DNA of 64,000 bases. Origin: Felis catus. Lineage: Eukaryota. Positions 12,713 through 26,205 of this stretch are shown in pieces. How positions within the stretch are numbered: position 1 is the first letter of the stretch; each line of letters opens with the position of its first letter. The stretch is from assembly GCF_018350175.1 (NCBI RefSeq), contig NC_058373.1, forward strand, positions 117,430,001 through 117,494,000. The letters are read 5' to 3'. The notes below the pieces were generated by a model. It was not told where the DNA came from. It was given only the letters and a program-made list of their open reading frames with translations, and did no database searches. The translations under genes were made by a program, and so were the position numbers.

Positions 12713-15700
12713 GCAGCGCCTCGAACACTCGGGGGACCTGGGGGAAAGGGAGCGCTCGAGGAGGATAAATACCCTCTCAGCATGTCCTCCCCTGCCCATG
12801 CCAGGGAGGCTGTTGGCGGGTTGAAAAATCAAGGCCTTGGCCACGTCTCTCTCTGAGTTTGACTCATCGACAAGAACATTCACTGTTCCTATACCTCAGC
12901 TAAGCAGGATTTTAAACTCTGTGCTAATGAACGTATACTTCATTTCAGACCCACGGGGCTTCAAATCGCACGCTCGTCAGAAAGAGTTCCAAACCCTCTC
13001 ACGGCAGCCTTGCACGGGGCCTAGAGACCCCTGGCCAGACGCAGATGACATTTTAAGAGTTTTTGGCGTGGCCCATGTTCCCAGACAAGATGCGAGTTTC
13101 TGTCGGTGAGCCCTCTTTCCCAAGCCCAGGGGTCTGCAGGGGGTGCCTTGGGAGCAAAGCTACCCCACCCAGTTCATCTGTTTATCGCAGATGATGCAGA
13201 TGGGGCTCCCGGGCCAGGCAAACAAGGGCTTTGCAACGGAGCCCATCCGGAGGGTCAGTCTGCAGAGGGGCGTGATCAAGGCAACCCAGCGGCCCAGGAT
13301 TGTGCTAGTCACAGAAGGCTCAGGAGACTTTTCCCATTGCACCTGCCCTGGCTCGCTGTGCTGAAGCACCCCCACACCTAGCATCACCTTGTTGTTCTAG
13401 AAGATGGAGCTATTTGCCCACAGAGTTTGAAGACCTTCTGTACCAAGGGTAGCAGTTTGTCAGAGACATGACCGGGCGCTCAGATTTCATTCGCCATCTG
13501 GGAATAAATACGAGGCTGCGTGTTCTCGCAGGGTGCGTTCACCTCCAATGCTTTGCAAGATGGGACTGCCCAGCGAAGCTGTTATTGGAGAGGGTTGCAC
13601 AGGATGAAATGCTGTTGGAGATGATTGTCCAGGGAGGGCGGTCTCAAGAGTACCATTTCCTCTTGGTGTCAGGGAAGGACTGCCTGGCCTTGGGGCTTCA
13701 ATATTCCTTTCAGACCAAAGCGCCAAGGTCAAGGGTGTACTGCCCTTTTCTTTTGTTCTCATTCTCTCTCTCTCTCTCGCTCTCCCTCTTCCTCTCCCTC
13801 TCTCCCCTCCTCTCAACTTGACTTTCACTGCACTTTCTTTAGAGCCAAGTGCAAGCAGCACCTCCCACCGCCCTTGAGAACTGCTCTAGAAGACCACTCG
13901 CTCCCCATAGAGGAAGGGGTTTGTCCCATTAATTATTCTAACAAATGCCCAATTTTGTTTTTCTCCGTGGCCTATCCAGATGAAGGCTTCTTTTACACTT
14001 CATGTTTGCAATATTTTGTTCCTTCGAGAAAAAAAAAAAAAAAGCTGTGTACAAATGTGAAATGATTCCGATCATCTCATCTCTGCTGCATTCCTCTGCA
14101 ATGCAAAGAGTTAAATGATGCATGAAATCACCTGTCGGCCCACATTAGCCAGAGCTGTGTTCACATACCCGGGGGTGGCTTGTGAATTATTTAACGAAAA
14201 GGACTCTTGGCTCCGTGTCCGGCTAGACACGGTTCAGCCCGAGTTACTTTGGAGGTCCTGTTTGCAGGCCCCGAGCTTCTACTTGGCTGAGGAAACCGTC
14301 TGCCAGACACTGTGGGTCGTTGCCAGCAGCAGGTCTCCTTGAGAACAACTTGAACTTAGCTCCTGCAGGCTCCAGATGGCTCGCAAACTACAGTGGGGTT
14401 TTGCAGAGCCCTTAAAGCTTCGCCAAAAAAGAGAGAGTTGGCACCGTTTCCTCCCACGTGGCGGGTTCGCCCTCACGCTGGGAACCTCAGGGTTACTGCC
14501 GGGGGTTAGAGAATCCATGTAATAACACGCCCGGTTCCCATCTGAGTTTGGACGCAATGAGAGAGAGGGGAGAATGAGGCACAGGAACGTCAAAATATCA
14601 CCTTCATTACCGATCCACCCCCAGGAGAATGTGGGGAGACAGCAACACCGGACATCCCGATTTGGAACCCCAGAACGCTGGCACGCCTCCCTGCCTAGTG
14701 CTGGAAACCAGCCTCTCCTGTGGAGGAACGGGAGAGGCCATGGCAGGAGACAGGGGCATGGGGGTCCAGAGCGGGGGGGGGGACCTTCTCCAGAGAACAT
14801 GGCATCTCCTGAATGTCCTGAGGAGCCACGACAAGCTGTATATTTGGAGGACAGAATCGTAGAGATTGTAGGAACTGGAGCAGATTTTAGAAACCATTGA
14901 AACCCTTTCATTTGCAACGGGAAACTGGGGCACAGAGGTGTTAGGGACTCGCCCATGGTAATGCAGCTCGTTAGAGGCAAGGCTGAGTTCTGTGCGCCTC
15001 TTGGTCCACGGTGGGGCACCACCCCACTGTGGGTCTCAGGCCCCAGACCCACCGCCACCCCCTCCGCCCCCCTTGGGAATGGGACATCCTCCGAGGATGC
15101 ACAGTAATCTGGTTGCAGCAAATGGTGATTTAGGAAGAAACTTAATATTATGAAATCGAGTCAAGTAAAGGTCTCTGTTGATGCTTTGTCTGAGCCTTTT
15201 CAACTCTGAACACGCACTTGAGAATGCAGTCAGCTCCTGCCTGAGCCACAGGGCAGGACAGCCAGCTTGGGGAGAGATAAGGGAGGAGAGGGGACCTAAC
15301 TGGTATGTCATCCGGAAATACTCTTGTCTCCCCCTCGGATGGGGATCACGGTGACGCCTGCTTCTGCAAATGCTCAGAATTCTAGGCAGCCCCTTGGCTT
15401 CTTTCTGTCCCCTGGACATAGTCCCCACTGCTGTGTTGCACCCCATCAACAATCTCCACTGTCAAAATCCTGTTTCTCCCAGCCACTCACTGCGGTGCTA
15501 GATTTGTGCAATGTTCCTTCTGCTGGTGTTCAAGGCTCAAACCCAACTGCTCCCCCGTGGAGCGCAGATGCCGGGAAAGGGCCCTTCCTGATGGGCCCAG
15601 TGACCTCAAGGAGGTATGCCCCTAGCCATCACATTCCCCAAGGGCTCTTGTTCCCTCACAGCCAAGCCACTGAAATCTAAATGCCCACCGGCGCTGCAAG

Positions 15701-17822
15701 GTAACAAGTTCACACACAGTCAAGGGCACGCGCACACACATCAAATTTCTATTCCCATCAAATCTCTGCATCCCAAAATGACCTACTTGTTGGCAAAGGC
15801 TTTTTATCTGTCAGAAGTTATTATCAAATGGAAGTTTCCTCTCTCCGCGCACACACATTATTGCAAACACAGGTTGTGTGGCTTCCCTCCACCTCACCAA
15901 TCCCGCTCCTAAACCCTCTGCCTCCCAATTCCCCAGGCTCCAGAACAGCCAGGGAGAATGTCTGAGCCAGCAAGTAATCGGTCCCAAAGGAGGCCCCTTG
16001 GGGACAAAAGGGACATTTTGAGGGAACCCACTTATATTTTGGATGATGTGTCCTTCTCCATAAGGCTCAGTCCTGGAAAGCCCCCAACTGGGCCAGAACC
16101 GACCCCCCTGAGGCTCGTGCGGAGCCCCCCCACACCCCAGGGGCAGCAGGCCAAGTGTGGCCCCTCCCAGCTCTTGAAGGGGCTTCTATATATGTCTCAT
16201 TTGAACCCTACACTGACCTGGGGAAGAGGCAGGGCAGGTGGCTCACAGGGCAGGCAAGTCAGGGAGCACTTCTTCCTTCTCACTTCTCCACCCCTCCCAC
16301 CAGAGCCATCATTACCTTGACGGCAGGAGGGATGAGGCAGGCTGGTCTGGATGGACCTGGAAGCACCCAGGAACCCGAATAGCACCCACTGAGGCACTGG
16401 GATTTCAGAGAAATGAGGGAAATTGTGTCTTAAGCATATGCTGCAAAAATGTGTTCCATGATGGAGCCGGTCCAATTCACTTAGGAGGAGACTGAGACCT
16501 GCAGAGGGGAAGTGATTCCCTTGTGACAAAGCAAGAGTAAGGACCACAGGCAGAAAAGCCACTCTGGGGGCATATGGACAGGACACCTTCACCCCATTCA
16601 ACATCTCCCCCCCCCCAGGACACTTTGTTCCGCCCCCACCCCCCACCCCGCCCCCAGGGCTCTAGAGAGGCCCTTCTATCCCAACTCCACCCACACCCCT
16701 TCTGCCTGAAGCCCCCACCTGGGCCCTCCCCCCTTAGAATTCAAGTCTCAGACTCCCCCCTCCACCCCCACCTCTCCCTCCACTTCCCACTGTCTCCTAT
16801 CTTCTAGGGGGTCTTCTTCCCTGAGTTCCCTGGAGAGAATTCACACCTTGAATGGACCCACTCACCCCAGGGAGGACTAGGCTAATGGGCTAACAAGTTT
16901 CTCTTCCAAGCTGACTTCGTTGCATTTTAAGGTGCAAAAGTGACTCCTAGGGGCCATGCCTTGGCTCAAGAAGTACTTCAAGAGCTGGACAGTGGCAGGT
17001 CCAGAAGCTCTACACAGAAAGGGCCAAGGGCTGCAGTCCTCGCCGGGGGGCTGCATTTGCAGAGCAAGCACACTTTTTACTTGGACTATGATTTTACTTA
17101 AGTTGGTAGATACTTGGGATGAGGGACTAATCACTGCCCTGCCAACTTCTACCCTTGCCATTTAATGCTGTCATTAAGATCTAGGTCACTTGCTTTTATG
17201 TTGGCTGCAGTTCATGGGTGTCCTCTTAAGTCTGGTGCCAGAAGGGAACTTGGCATTTCAAGTGCAGCCTCCTCAGTACAGAGGTGAGGGCCCTATCACC
17301 TCCCTCATTAAGGGCACTATGTTTCTATTAATGCATCCTAAGATCAAATTGATCTTTTGGGGTTTGCTTGCTGCCACATTATATTGTAAGTTTTCAGTTG
17401 ACTCACCAGCAAAATATCTTACATTTGGGCTGCTAAGTCATTAATGTCTCAAACCATTTGTGTGGTGTTTTATCCACACAAATGTGGATATGTGTCTGTG
17501 CTCTAAGTGTGGGAGTTTATATATATATATATTCCTTTAGTTTTAGAACAAACGAAAGACCAACTCTAATCATGACACCCCTCACTCCTGATTCTGGAAA
17601 ACAGTGTCTTCCTGACCCTCATAGGTGTGAATCTGGTCTGTGAATCTGGCATTCATTCTCAGTCCTAATCTTAGACATAGTCTTGGCTTTCAGAAAGCGA
17701 GAGCTTCGAGGTAGTATGCTGTGTGGCTTCCAGGGAACCAGACAATACACAAGATGTCAAATTAGTTCATTTGGCACGTGGAACACTGTCTAATCTGAAA
17801 ATAATTAGTCATCATCTCCTGG

Positions 17823-17824
<2 letters not shown>

Positions 17825-17870
<46 letters not shown>
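17825..17870. repeat. (GT)n microsatellite
   Basis: Direct reading. Confidence 0.97.
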
Positions 17871-17873
<3 letters not shown>

Positions 17874-17985
17874 GGGAACGGGAGCCTGGGAGGGGAAGAG
17901 AAGGGAGAGGAAATGATTTTCATCACATGCTGAACAGAAATAACTGGAAAAAATTAAAGTCTGTGGTCTGCAGAGTCAGGAGGAA

Positions 17986-18366
17986 TGTACCAGTTCGCTA
18001 GGGCTGCTGTAAGAAAGTATTGCAGGCTGGGTGGCCTAAACAACATCAATATTTTGACTCAAATTTCTGGAGTCTCCAATTCGGGGTCAAGTTGGTGACA
18101 GCCAAGGGCTGTGATGGATGGATCTGTCCCAGGCTTCTCTCCTTTGCTTGTGGATGCTGTCCTCTCCCTGTGTCTTCCCATCTTCCCTCTTTACACATCT
18201 CTGGGGCCAAATATCCCCTTTTTATAAAGCGGGTTGGATTAGGACCCAGCTTAAGGACCTCATTTTAACATGATTCGCTCTAGAAAGACCCTATCTCCAA
18301 ACGAGGCCCCATGCTGAGGCACTGGGGGACTCTAAGAATTGGGGGCAGACACAGTTCAGCCATCAC
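17986..18366 (-). mobile_element. MLT1 (MaLR) solo LTR
   Basis: tgtaccagttcgctagggctgctgtaa..ggattaggacccag..agaccctatctccaaa..acagttcagccatcaca. Confidence 0.85.
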
Positions 18367-21300
18367 AAGGGGAGTCGCAATGAGGCGTGCTAAGAATGTC
18401 ACCAGCGCGACAGGGAGCTCCTGTCAAGCAGTAAAGCCACCCATGGAAGTCACATCTGAGACTCAGGTCTTTCTGCTGTGAGTGGGCTCTGAAACCGGCC
18501 CCTCCCCCACCAGGTGGGGTCGACACCCCTCCCCTGGTGGTTTAGGCCCTGCGAAAGCCCTGCTCCTCAAGTGGGGGACAAAACCCACTCCCTCCCATAT
18601 TGTTGTGGGCAGTCGGTGTTTCAAACCCAGTGGTTTCTTGATACGTGTCCCTCCTCTCCACCTCCTGGCTCCGCGCAGCTCCGCAACCCACAAATAGGGG
18701 AAGAAGTTTCTTTTCGATGGAGAATGGGTACCGGCTGTTCTGCGTTAAGATCTTTTTCCCCGCCGTGCCTCCCGAGGACCCTGTGGGGCAGGCAGCAACA
18801 TTCACGTAACACGAAACCTTAGGCGACCTGGCCTCCTGACTGGAGCCCAGCCTGGCCACGTTCGCTCCACCCACCTGTCCCCCTCCCCCCCCCCCCCCGT
18901 AGGTGGGGCTGGGCACCCCACCCCCCACCCCCTCACCCCTGTGGCTCCCAGGCCCCACCTGCCGCTTGTCCTCCTGAGTGAGGCAGGAGAGCTACTGGGA
19001 GACTAAAAACAAAGTGAGGACGCCAGCCACTCAATCTGGGTGATTAACAGAAGTCATGGCAAATGACCCTGCCATTCTCCCAAGGGAGAACGGGTGCGTT
19101 GCCGGGTGTATTTTCAGATCTTGGTATTTATCCCCGTTTGCAGTGTGCAGCTGGCAATCCATCGAATGCTTCCCAGAGTTGCTCAGGCTCCTTAGAGTAA
19201 AATCAGAATTAAATCAGAGAAATAGATACTGTCTTCCCTCTTATTATCTTGGGGATGAAAAATAAGTTGTTCTTTTAATCTGTGATCTCAGGAGCCGTAG
19301 GCAAAGGACTTGGAAATTAAAGGGAACACCTTTTCCTGGGCTTGCAAAGCTTGTCTTTCCTTTAGGCAGGTCCTAGGCCTCCCCTTGGCAAGGCGCTGTC
19401 TCTGGACTGGACAGTTCTGCTGCTTTATCCTGCCTCGCGGTGGGGTTTGGGATTTAAGGCCAAAAAAAAAAACAAAAAACAAAAAACAAAAAAACAAAAA
19501 AACACGCTGCTCTGAAAAGCTGTGGGGTAATGCGGAGTTGGGCAATGAAATAATCATTTTCTCTGTAGTTGGAAACCTATACAAAGTGGGTCCCATCCAG
19601 TGGGAAGTGACTTTAGGGACACCTTTTGGAAATCGTGGCTCTCTGGTAGCAGGTGCTGTCCTCTGAGGCAATGACACAAAAGAAGGGCCCATCCCTGGCC
19701 CTCTGAAGGGAGCAGTAGAATCTTCTGTGGTTACTCCCTTGCGTCAGATGTAAGAAGAAATTACGATCTATTCTGAAGGAGGAGAGATGAACATTTATCA
19801 GGAACAACTATCTCTGTGCCGGGCACTGTGCTCTAAGAGCTTTGCCTACATACTCATTTAAATTTTAGAAATGAATTGCTGGTCTTTAAAATAAAGTAAT
19901 TCATGGATTTAAAGAAATTTGGGGAAGTATTATCAAGCCTAAGAAGATGAGAAAAATGACCCATCGTTCCTTGGTCTATTCTGTTTAATCTCTTGGTGGC
20001 TGGAATGAAAGTGAGAGACGAGCCAGTTCAGAAAGACCAGGTCGGGGGGCGGGGGAGGGCGCGTTCTTCCTTCACATAAGAAGTGGAAAGGGGCTCAGGG
20101 TGTTTTATGGCACAGGAGGGTAGTGAGGGGAAGGAGCCAAACTCTGCAGGTGGGACCACAACCTCTGGGCAATCAGTTACAGCCCCGGAAGGGGACTCCA
20201 GCATCCCTTAGATAATGTGTTCCAGAAAACATCAGACGCAGGGCTGGCATGTTCAGAAGCAGCATTGGTTACGAGCAGGAGAGGCATGAGACGTGAAACC
20301 CAAAATGGAATCCTTGCTGCTGTCCCTCTGGCAGCACAGGTCAGGGTTGTCCAGGGCCCTGCCCCCCGGGGTCCAGTGGGACCCCAGGATGCTACAGGCT
20401 CAGGAGCTTCCTCGGGATTAGAGGCAGGAATCACCCGAAGTCAGTGGTGTTACTGTACCGTCTCCTGGAAGGCCCCCTTGGGGACTGTGCCCCTCTTCTT
20501 TAGGCTCATTGAACATCCTCGAAGGGCCTCCCCCTAAAAGGTGAGCACGAAGGGAAGGCCTGCCTGTCTGGTTTCCCAGCACCTAGCACCTAGTGAACAT
20601 TCGAATATACTTGCAGTTAAGTGATGATTCACCTCCTATTTCCCCTTTAGGACTGTTTAACCTGATTTTGCCTCTTTGGGCCCCCCTCCCCCCACACTGT
20701 GATTTGTCTCAGTCTCCTCCGTCAGGGGTGACTTTTGTGCTCACGGGAACAGTTAGGGGCATCAGACATGAAGAATGGCATAACCAACCAAAGGGAACTG
20801 TGCAGGAAGAGCAAATGACACAGTCAAGTGCGGTGAGGCTGTGATCCAAGAAAACAGTGAGGGGTGCACCTCTTGGGACAGGCTGGAAGGTGCAGATGAA
20901 ACCACACTACACAGAATCACCATCACTGAGCCGAGGAGAGCTGGGCAGGATGGGCCCTGGAGAGCCAAGGGTGGTGACATTGCCAACTACAAGGACGCAT
21001 TTACAACCAAGAAGTTGCCACCTCGGGATCTTCTGAGCACAGGCTGCAGGTGGTCCTGAGCAAAGCAGACACGTCCTGGCTCTTGCTTCACACCCTTGGA
21101 ATGGAAGAAGGAAGTAAAAATTATAGGCAACTTATAACATATATGTGCGCACGTACTGGAAACATCAAGGGCCATTCCCTGGAGGAGGGGCTTTTGGGCG
21201 GGGCCTGAACACCTGACTAGGATCCAGATGGGTCTGCAGTGGCTAGGTGAAGCAGGTCATGAGCCAGGATGGAGCACAAGAGGTGGTTGTTCGAAGGAAG

Positions 21301-21774
21301 ATGGGCGTGTCCTGAAACACAAAGCATTCTGGGAGCTGATGCTGGCAAGGTAGTTTGACGCCAAATCATAGAAGGCCTTGAATTCCATAGTAGGAAACCT
21401 GGCATTTATTTTGTAGCAGTAGGGAGCCACAGCAGGCTTTTGAGGAGGAGAAAATTTCCATAAATCATTCCAAGCCCTTAAATTCACTCCAGTTGCCAGT
21501 TCAGTTGTTCAGTTTGGAGTAGGGGAAGGTGTTGAGGTAGAGTCAGGAAGGAAGTGAGCCAGAAAGAATGAGTGATTGCAGAGTCCGGGATGTCCATGGG
21601 GTCAGAGGGGAGGACAGGTCTTATGTTCCTTGTTCCTCTCCAGGAGGAAAAAAATTTATAGTGATGTTCCAGGACACTGGATGGACCAGTTTCTCTTTGG
21701 AAACAAAGATATTGTGAGGCTTTTTCTCCATCCAAGAGGAAGGTGATATATGTGTTAAAACTAGAATCTTTATG

Positions 21775-21995
21775 GGGTGCCTGGGTGGCGCAGTCGGTTA
21801 AGCGGCCAACTTCAGCCAGGTCACTATCTCGCGGTCCGTGAGTTCGAGCCCCGCGTCGGGCTCTGGGCTGATGGCTCAGAGCCTGGAGCCTGTTTCTGAT
21901 TCTGTGTCTCCCTCTCTCTCTGCCCCTCCCCTGTTCATGCTCTGTCTCTCTCTGTCCCAAAAATAAATAAACGTTGAAAAAAAATTTTTTTAAAA
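21775..21995 (+). mobile_element. Young Can-SINE (SINEC_Fc)
   Basis: Near-consensus, CpG-rich; TSD aaaactagaatcttt. Confidence 0.97.
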
Positions 21996-22572
21996 AACTA
22001 GAATCTTTCTATAGAAACATAATATGGAAAGGTGCATGTTCGAATTTGGAGTGTTGTATCCTGCTTACCTAATTATTTGGGCTGTGTGGCCAGGTGGTGT
22101 TCCTTGTGGGCTAGTTCCCTTTGGTGGGCCAGGCTGAAGAATGTGATAAGATCAAATCTGAGATGGGACATAAAAATCGTATTTATTTTTCCATGTGTAG
22201 AACGTGATGTTGGCATTAATTAATGAGCTACTGTGACCCATTTAAGAAGCCCTTGGAAGTAACCTCTGAGCCACCCATCTAATTGGTCCCTGGTAGACCA
22301 GAAACTGAAGCGTTTAAAATGTCACGGAAGCAATTACTTCAGGTTATGGACAGATGTTTTCGCTGTCCTCAACCCTGACATCTTCCCCCAAGCAGACCAT
22401 CACAATTGCCGCTTGACCACTGGTCTGACTGTCAAAAAAGGGACGGAGAGCAGTGGAATGTGGGGGAAATCCCATCTACTTCCTCCCCGGGAGGAGAAAA
22501 TACTGATATGTTTTGGAAACAATGCAGAATACTGATTTTCCAAACATTGATTCGTGAGCAAGGGGGTCACTG

Positions 22573-23075
22573 TGTGTATTAGTTTTCTCTTGTTGCTGTA
22601 ACAGATTACCTCAATGGCTTAACACAGATAAATTTATGATCATACAGTTCTGGTCATCAGAAGTCTAGAATGGGTGTCCCTGGGCTAAAATCAAGGCTTT
22701 GGCTGGACTATATACCTTTTGAAGGCTCTAGCAGACAATCTGTTTCCTTGCTTTTTCCAACATCTGAAGTTCACTTTCCTTGGCTTGTAGTCCCTCCTTT
22801 CATCTTTAAAGCCAACAGAGTCTCATCTCTCTGACCTTTTATTCTATGGTTACGTCTCTAAGTGACGATAGCTGGGAAGGGTCCTCATCTTTCAAGAACT
22901 CATGTGATTAGACTGAGCCCACCTGCATAACCCAGGATAACCACTGCATCTCAAGGTCCTTAACTTTAATCACATCTCCAGGGTCTCTTTTGCCATGTAA
23001 GGTAACGTATTCACAGGTTCCACCAATCAGGATGTAGATACCTTTTGAGGGGATCAGTTTTTTCTGCCTTCCACA
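22573..23075 (-). mobile_element. MLT1D-like solo LTR
   Basis: tgtattagttttctc..gctgtaacagattacc..catctcaaggtccttaactttaatcacatc..gccatgtaaggtaacgtattcacagg. Confidence 0.87.
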
Positions 23076-24009
23076 CTATGTACTAAACTTTTAAGCATAG
23101 GATGTGGTCCCATCCTCTGCACCTTCTGCTCTGCTAAAGCCGTAGGTGAACCAGGGTCTGCCTGGGAGCTGCCCTGACTGCTGGCGTGGTGATCCGGAGA
23201 GCCAGCTCGAAAGCAAGACTGCCTGAGTTCAGTACCATTAATCTCATTATTCAACAGCCCCATTTGGCCTTGGACAATTTGCTGTCCCTAAGTATCAGTG
23301 TGTTTCTCTATAAAGGGAGGAAAATAAGAAGCAGATGGCACACAAATTAGGGCAATTTGAGAAGATTATAATAGAGATTTTAGGTCCTCTCACATTGCTA
23401 GAATGTTTCATTGATCAGGGTCCATTTTCCTCATTTGCGCTGTAGCTGGTGTTCTCCAGTTGGAGATTCCTTATTCCATGGCTCACCCGGAGGACCTGCT
23501 CCACTCATATTTCCAAGCAAACAATAGATTCTTTTACAAGAGACACTATGCCTTCTAAAGCTTTGCTCTTCCAGCCAAGCTCAGGGGAAAGTCATTTCCC
23601 CTAAAATGTCATCAACCCATTTGTTCACTGACCTAGAATGTCATCCTTTTCCGTTTTTCTCTTCAATTAAATAGGGGAAAATGCTTTCCATGGAAGCAAT
23701 TTATGAAGCACTGCATATAGTAATGCTTAAAGCCATAAAAGTAAGCCTCCAGGAGGCTAAACAAGTAACACTGCCTATCCTTCTACCCTGGCATTGCCCC
23801 TGGGTAATGTCGGGCACAGTACATTGGGGAACTTCTCCAAGCTGAACTGGTCCTTGGGTGCCTATGAAGCAATTCCTTGAACACTGTTGCTAAGGTTCAC
23901 GGAATCTTGAGATTTCTGTTCATTTAATCCATTTCCAAAGCAGAATGATCTTTAAAAATGTAAATACCAAGTTTACTTTAAAGCGAAGATATACCACCCC
24001 TAAACCCTA

Positions 24010-24285
24010 ATATATATGTATTTATATATATTCATATATATATACACATATATACATAATGAATATATATGAATATATATTATATTTGATCATATATATA
24101 TCATATATCATATATGGGTATATTATATAATATGCATAATATGTATTAATATGTCATATGTAATATACAAACATATCGATGATATATTAATACATATTAA
24201 TAATAATTATATAATTTTATAATATAATTATGATTCTAATTAATACATATTAATAATAATTATTAATATATATGCTAATATATCA
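24010..24285. repeat. AT-rich low-complexity, degenerate (TA)n tract
   Basis: Direct reading. Confidence 0.9.
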
Positions 24286-24324
24286 AGCATCGCATTTGAT
24301 GCTGGAATCCAAAATAAAGTTCTT

Positions 24325-24553
24325 TAAGAATATAGCACTCATGATACGGAAGGAATTTCAATGTCCATCAGTAAGTGAACGGATAGTGGCTCCTGGGCGG
24401 CTCAGTCAGTTGAGCATTCGACTTCAGCTCAGGTCATGATCTCAGTGCTCATGGATTCGAGCCCCGCCTCGGGCTCTGTGCTAACAGCTTGCAACTCGGA
24501 GCCTGGAGCCTGCTTCGGATTCTGTCTCTCTCTCTGCCCCTCCCCTGCTCACG

Positions 24554-24590
<37 letters not shown>

Positions 24591-24683
24591 ATAAGTAAAA
24601 AATAAATATTAAAAAAATTTTTTTTAATTCTAAAAAAAGATAAGTGAATGGATAAAGATTTATTTATTTATTTAGTGTGTGTA

Positions 24684-24722
<39 letters not shown>

Positions 24723-24898
24723 ACAAGGGAGGGGCAGGGAGAGAGAGAGGGAGAGAGAGAATCTGAAGCAGCCTTCGCACTGTCAGCATAGAGCCCAGCG
24801 CAGGGCTGAATCTCACAAAACGTGACATCGAGACCTGAGCCAGAATCAAGAGTCAGACACTTAATCAACTGAGTCACCCAGGCACCCCAAGAAGAATG

Positions 24899-24945
<47 letters not shown>

Positions 24946-25435
24946 AATATTAGCCATAAAAACAGAATGAAATCTTGCCATCTGCAACAACATGGGTAGA
25001 CCTTGAGGGTATTGTGCCAAATGAAATAAGACAAAGACAAATACCATATGACTTCACTGATATATGTAAAACAGAGCAAAAGAACCAGCAAGACAAATGG
25101 AAACAAACTTAGAGATATAGAGAACAAACTGGTGGCTACCCTAGGGGAGAGAGGTGCGGAGGGGGGGGGGGATGGTGGGAAATAGGCAAAGGGGATTAAG
25201 AGGTACAATCTTCTAGTTATAAAATAAATAAGACGAGGGGATATAATGTACAGCATAGGGAATATAGTCAATAATATTGTAACAACTTAGTGTGGTGACA
25301 AATAGTACCTAGACCCTACTGTGGTGACCATTTTGTAATGTATATATATATAGAATTACTGTGTTGCACACCTAAAACTGTAGAACATTGTACGTCCATT
25401 ATTCTTCAACTAAAAAAAGAATATAGCACTCATGT
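24325..25435 (+). mobile_element. L1 3' end carrying two nested SINEs (24387-24640 +, 24659-24888 -) and a (TA)n tract
   Basis: L1 TSD aagaatatagcactcatg at ~24326 and ~25417; SINE TSD taagtgaa(c/t)ggata; L1 3' UTR motifs. Confidence 0.9.
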
Positions 25436-25779
25436 CATTCATTCATTCATTCAATTATTCTTTCAATATATATTTACTGAGCACCTACTATTAGGGTTAA
25501 ATGATGAGAAAGTGTAACGGAAAATGCAAGTACAAGTTAAAGTGATAACCAATATAGACAAAAGACAGAGGATCCTATAAGAGCCTATAACAGAGTAATC
25601 ACTAGAAACCATAGACAGATTCTAAGTAGGGGACTTAAATGATGAAGTTTTCCTTCACGAGTATCACAGGCTGTGGCCTGGAGAACAGATCAGGGAGAAA
25701 TCCAGGCCTGCCCAGCCATCCTTAATGAATGTTCTTTAATACAGGAACTTTCTGCCAGACAAAGTCAGACACATTTTCA

Positions 25780-26205
25780 TTCCCCTCTTCCCACGCCTCC
25801 ATGTGATATAGAGGCTAGATAAACTACCCTCTGCCCAGCGCCCTTTGCAACCACATGTAGCCATGAGACCCTTCTCTGGCCAGTGAGACGAGAGCAGAGA
25901 TCTGTTGGCATCTTCTGGGAAGGTATATGCTTATTGGATAAAAGGAACAAGTATAGCCGTACCAACACCCCCACCCTTCTTCCCACCTTTCTTCTTATTC
26001 TGCAACGTGGAAGTGATGCCTTGAGCAGGGGCAGCTCTTTGGCAACCACAAGGGAAAGGCCAAGATGGACATTCACATAGAACTGCATGCCTGCCACGTA
26101 CGCATTGCTTGTTATGTAGGAAAAATAATCCCCCGTGTTTAGAGGTTGGATTTTTTTTGTTTTTTGTTTTTGCTTTCTAGCAAAAGCATTTTAGACTGAT
26201 ACAGT
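25780..26205 (+). mobile_element. Old MLT1 (J/K-like) LTR
   Basis: ttgcaaccacatgtagccatgagacc..tggccagtgag..ctgataca terminus. Confidence 0.7.

Larger units (their letters stand above)
12400..19300. promoter_or_regulatory. Repeat-poor, GC/CpG-retaining segment, probable cis-regulatory region
   Basis: Visibly more CpG and GC than the flanks, almost no SINE/L1, polypyrimidine and C-run tracts. Function is inferred only. Confidence 0.35.

Noticed and set aside
14279..15121. 280-aa ORF (and the 237-aa ORF at 12170-12883)
   Set aside because: No recognisable domain, non-ATG start, and composition typical of chance ORFs in GC-rich DNA.
21775..21860. tRNA-like A/B-box sequences
   Set aside because: Heads of tRNA-derived Can-SINEs, not tRNA genes.
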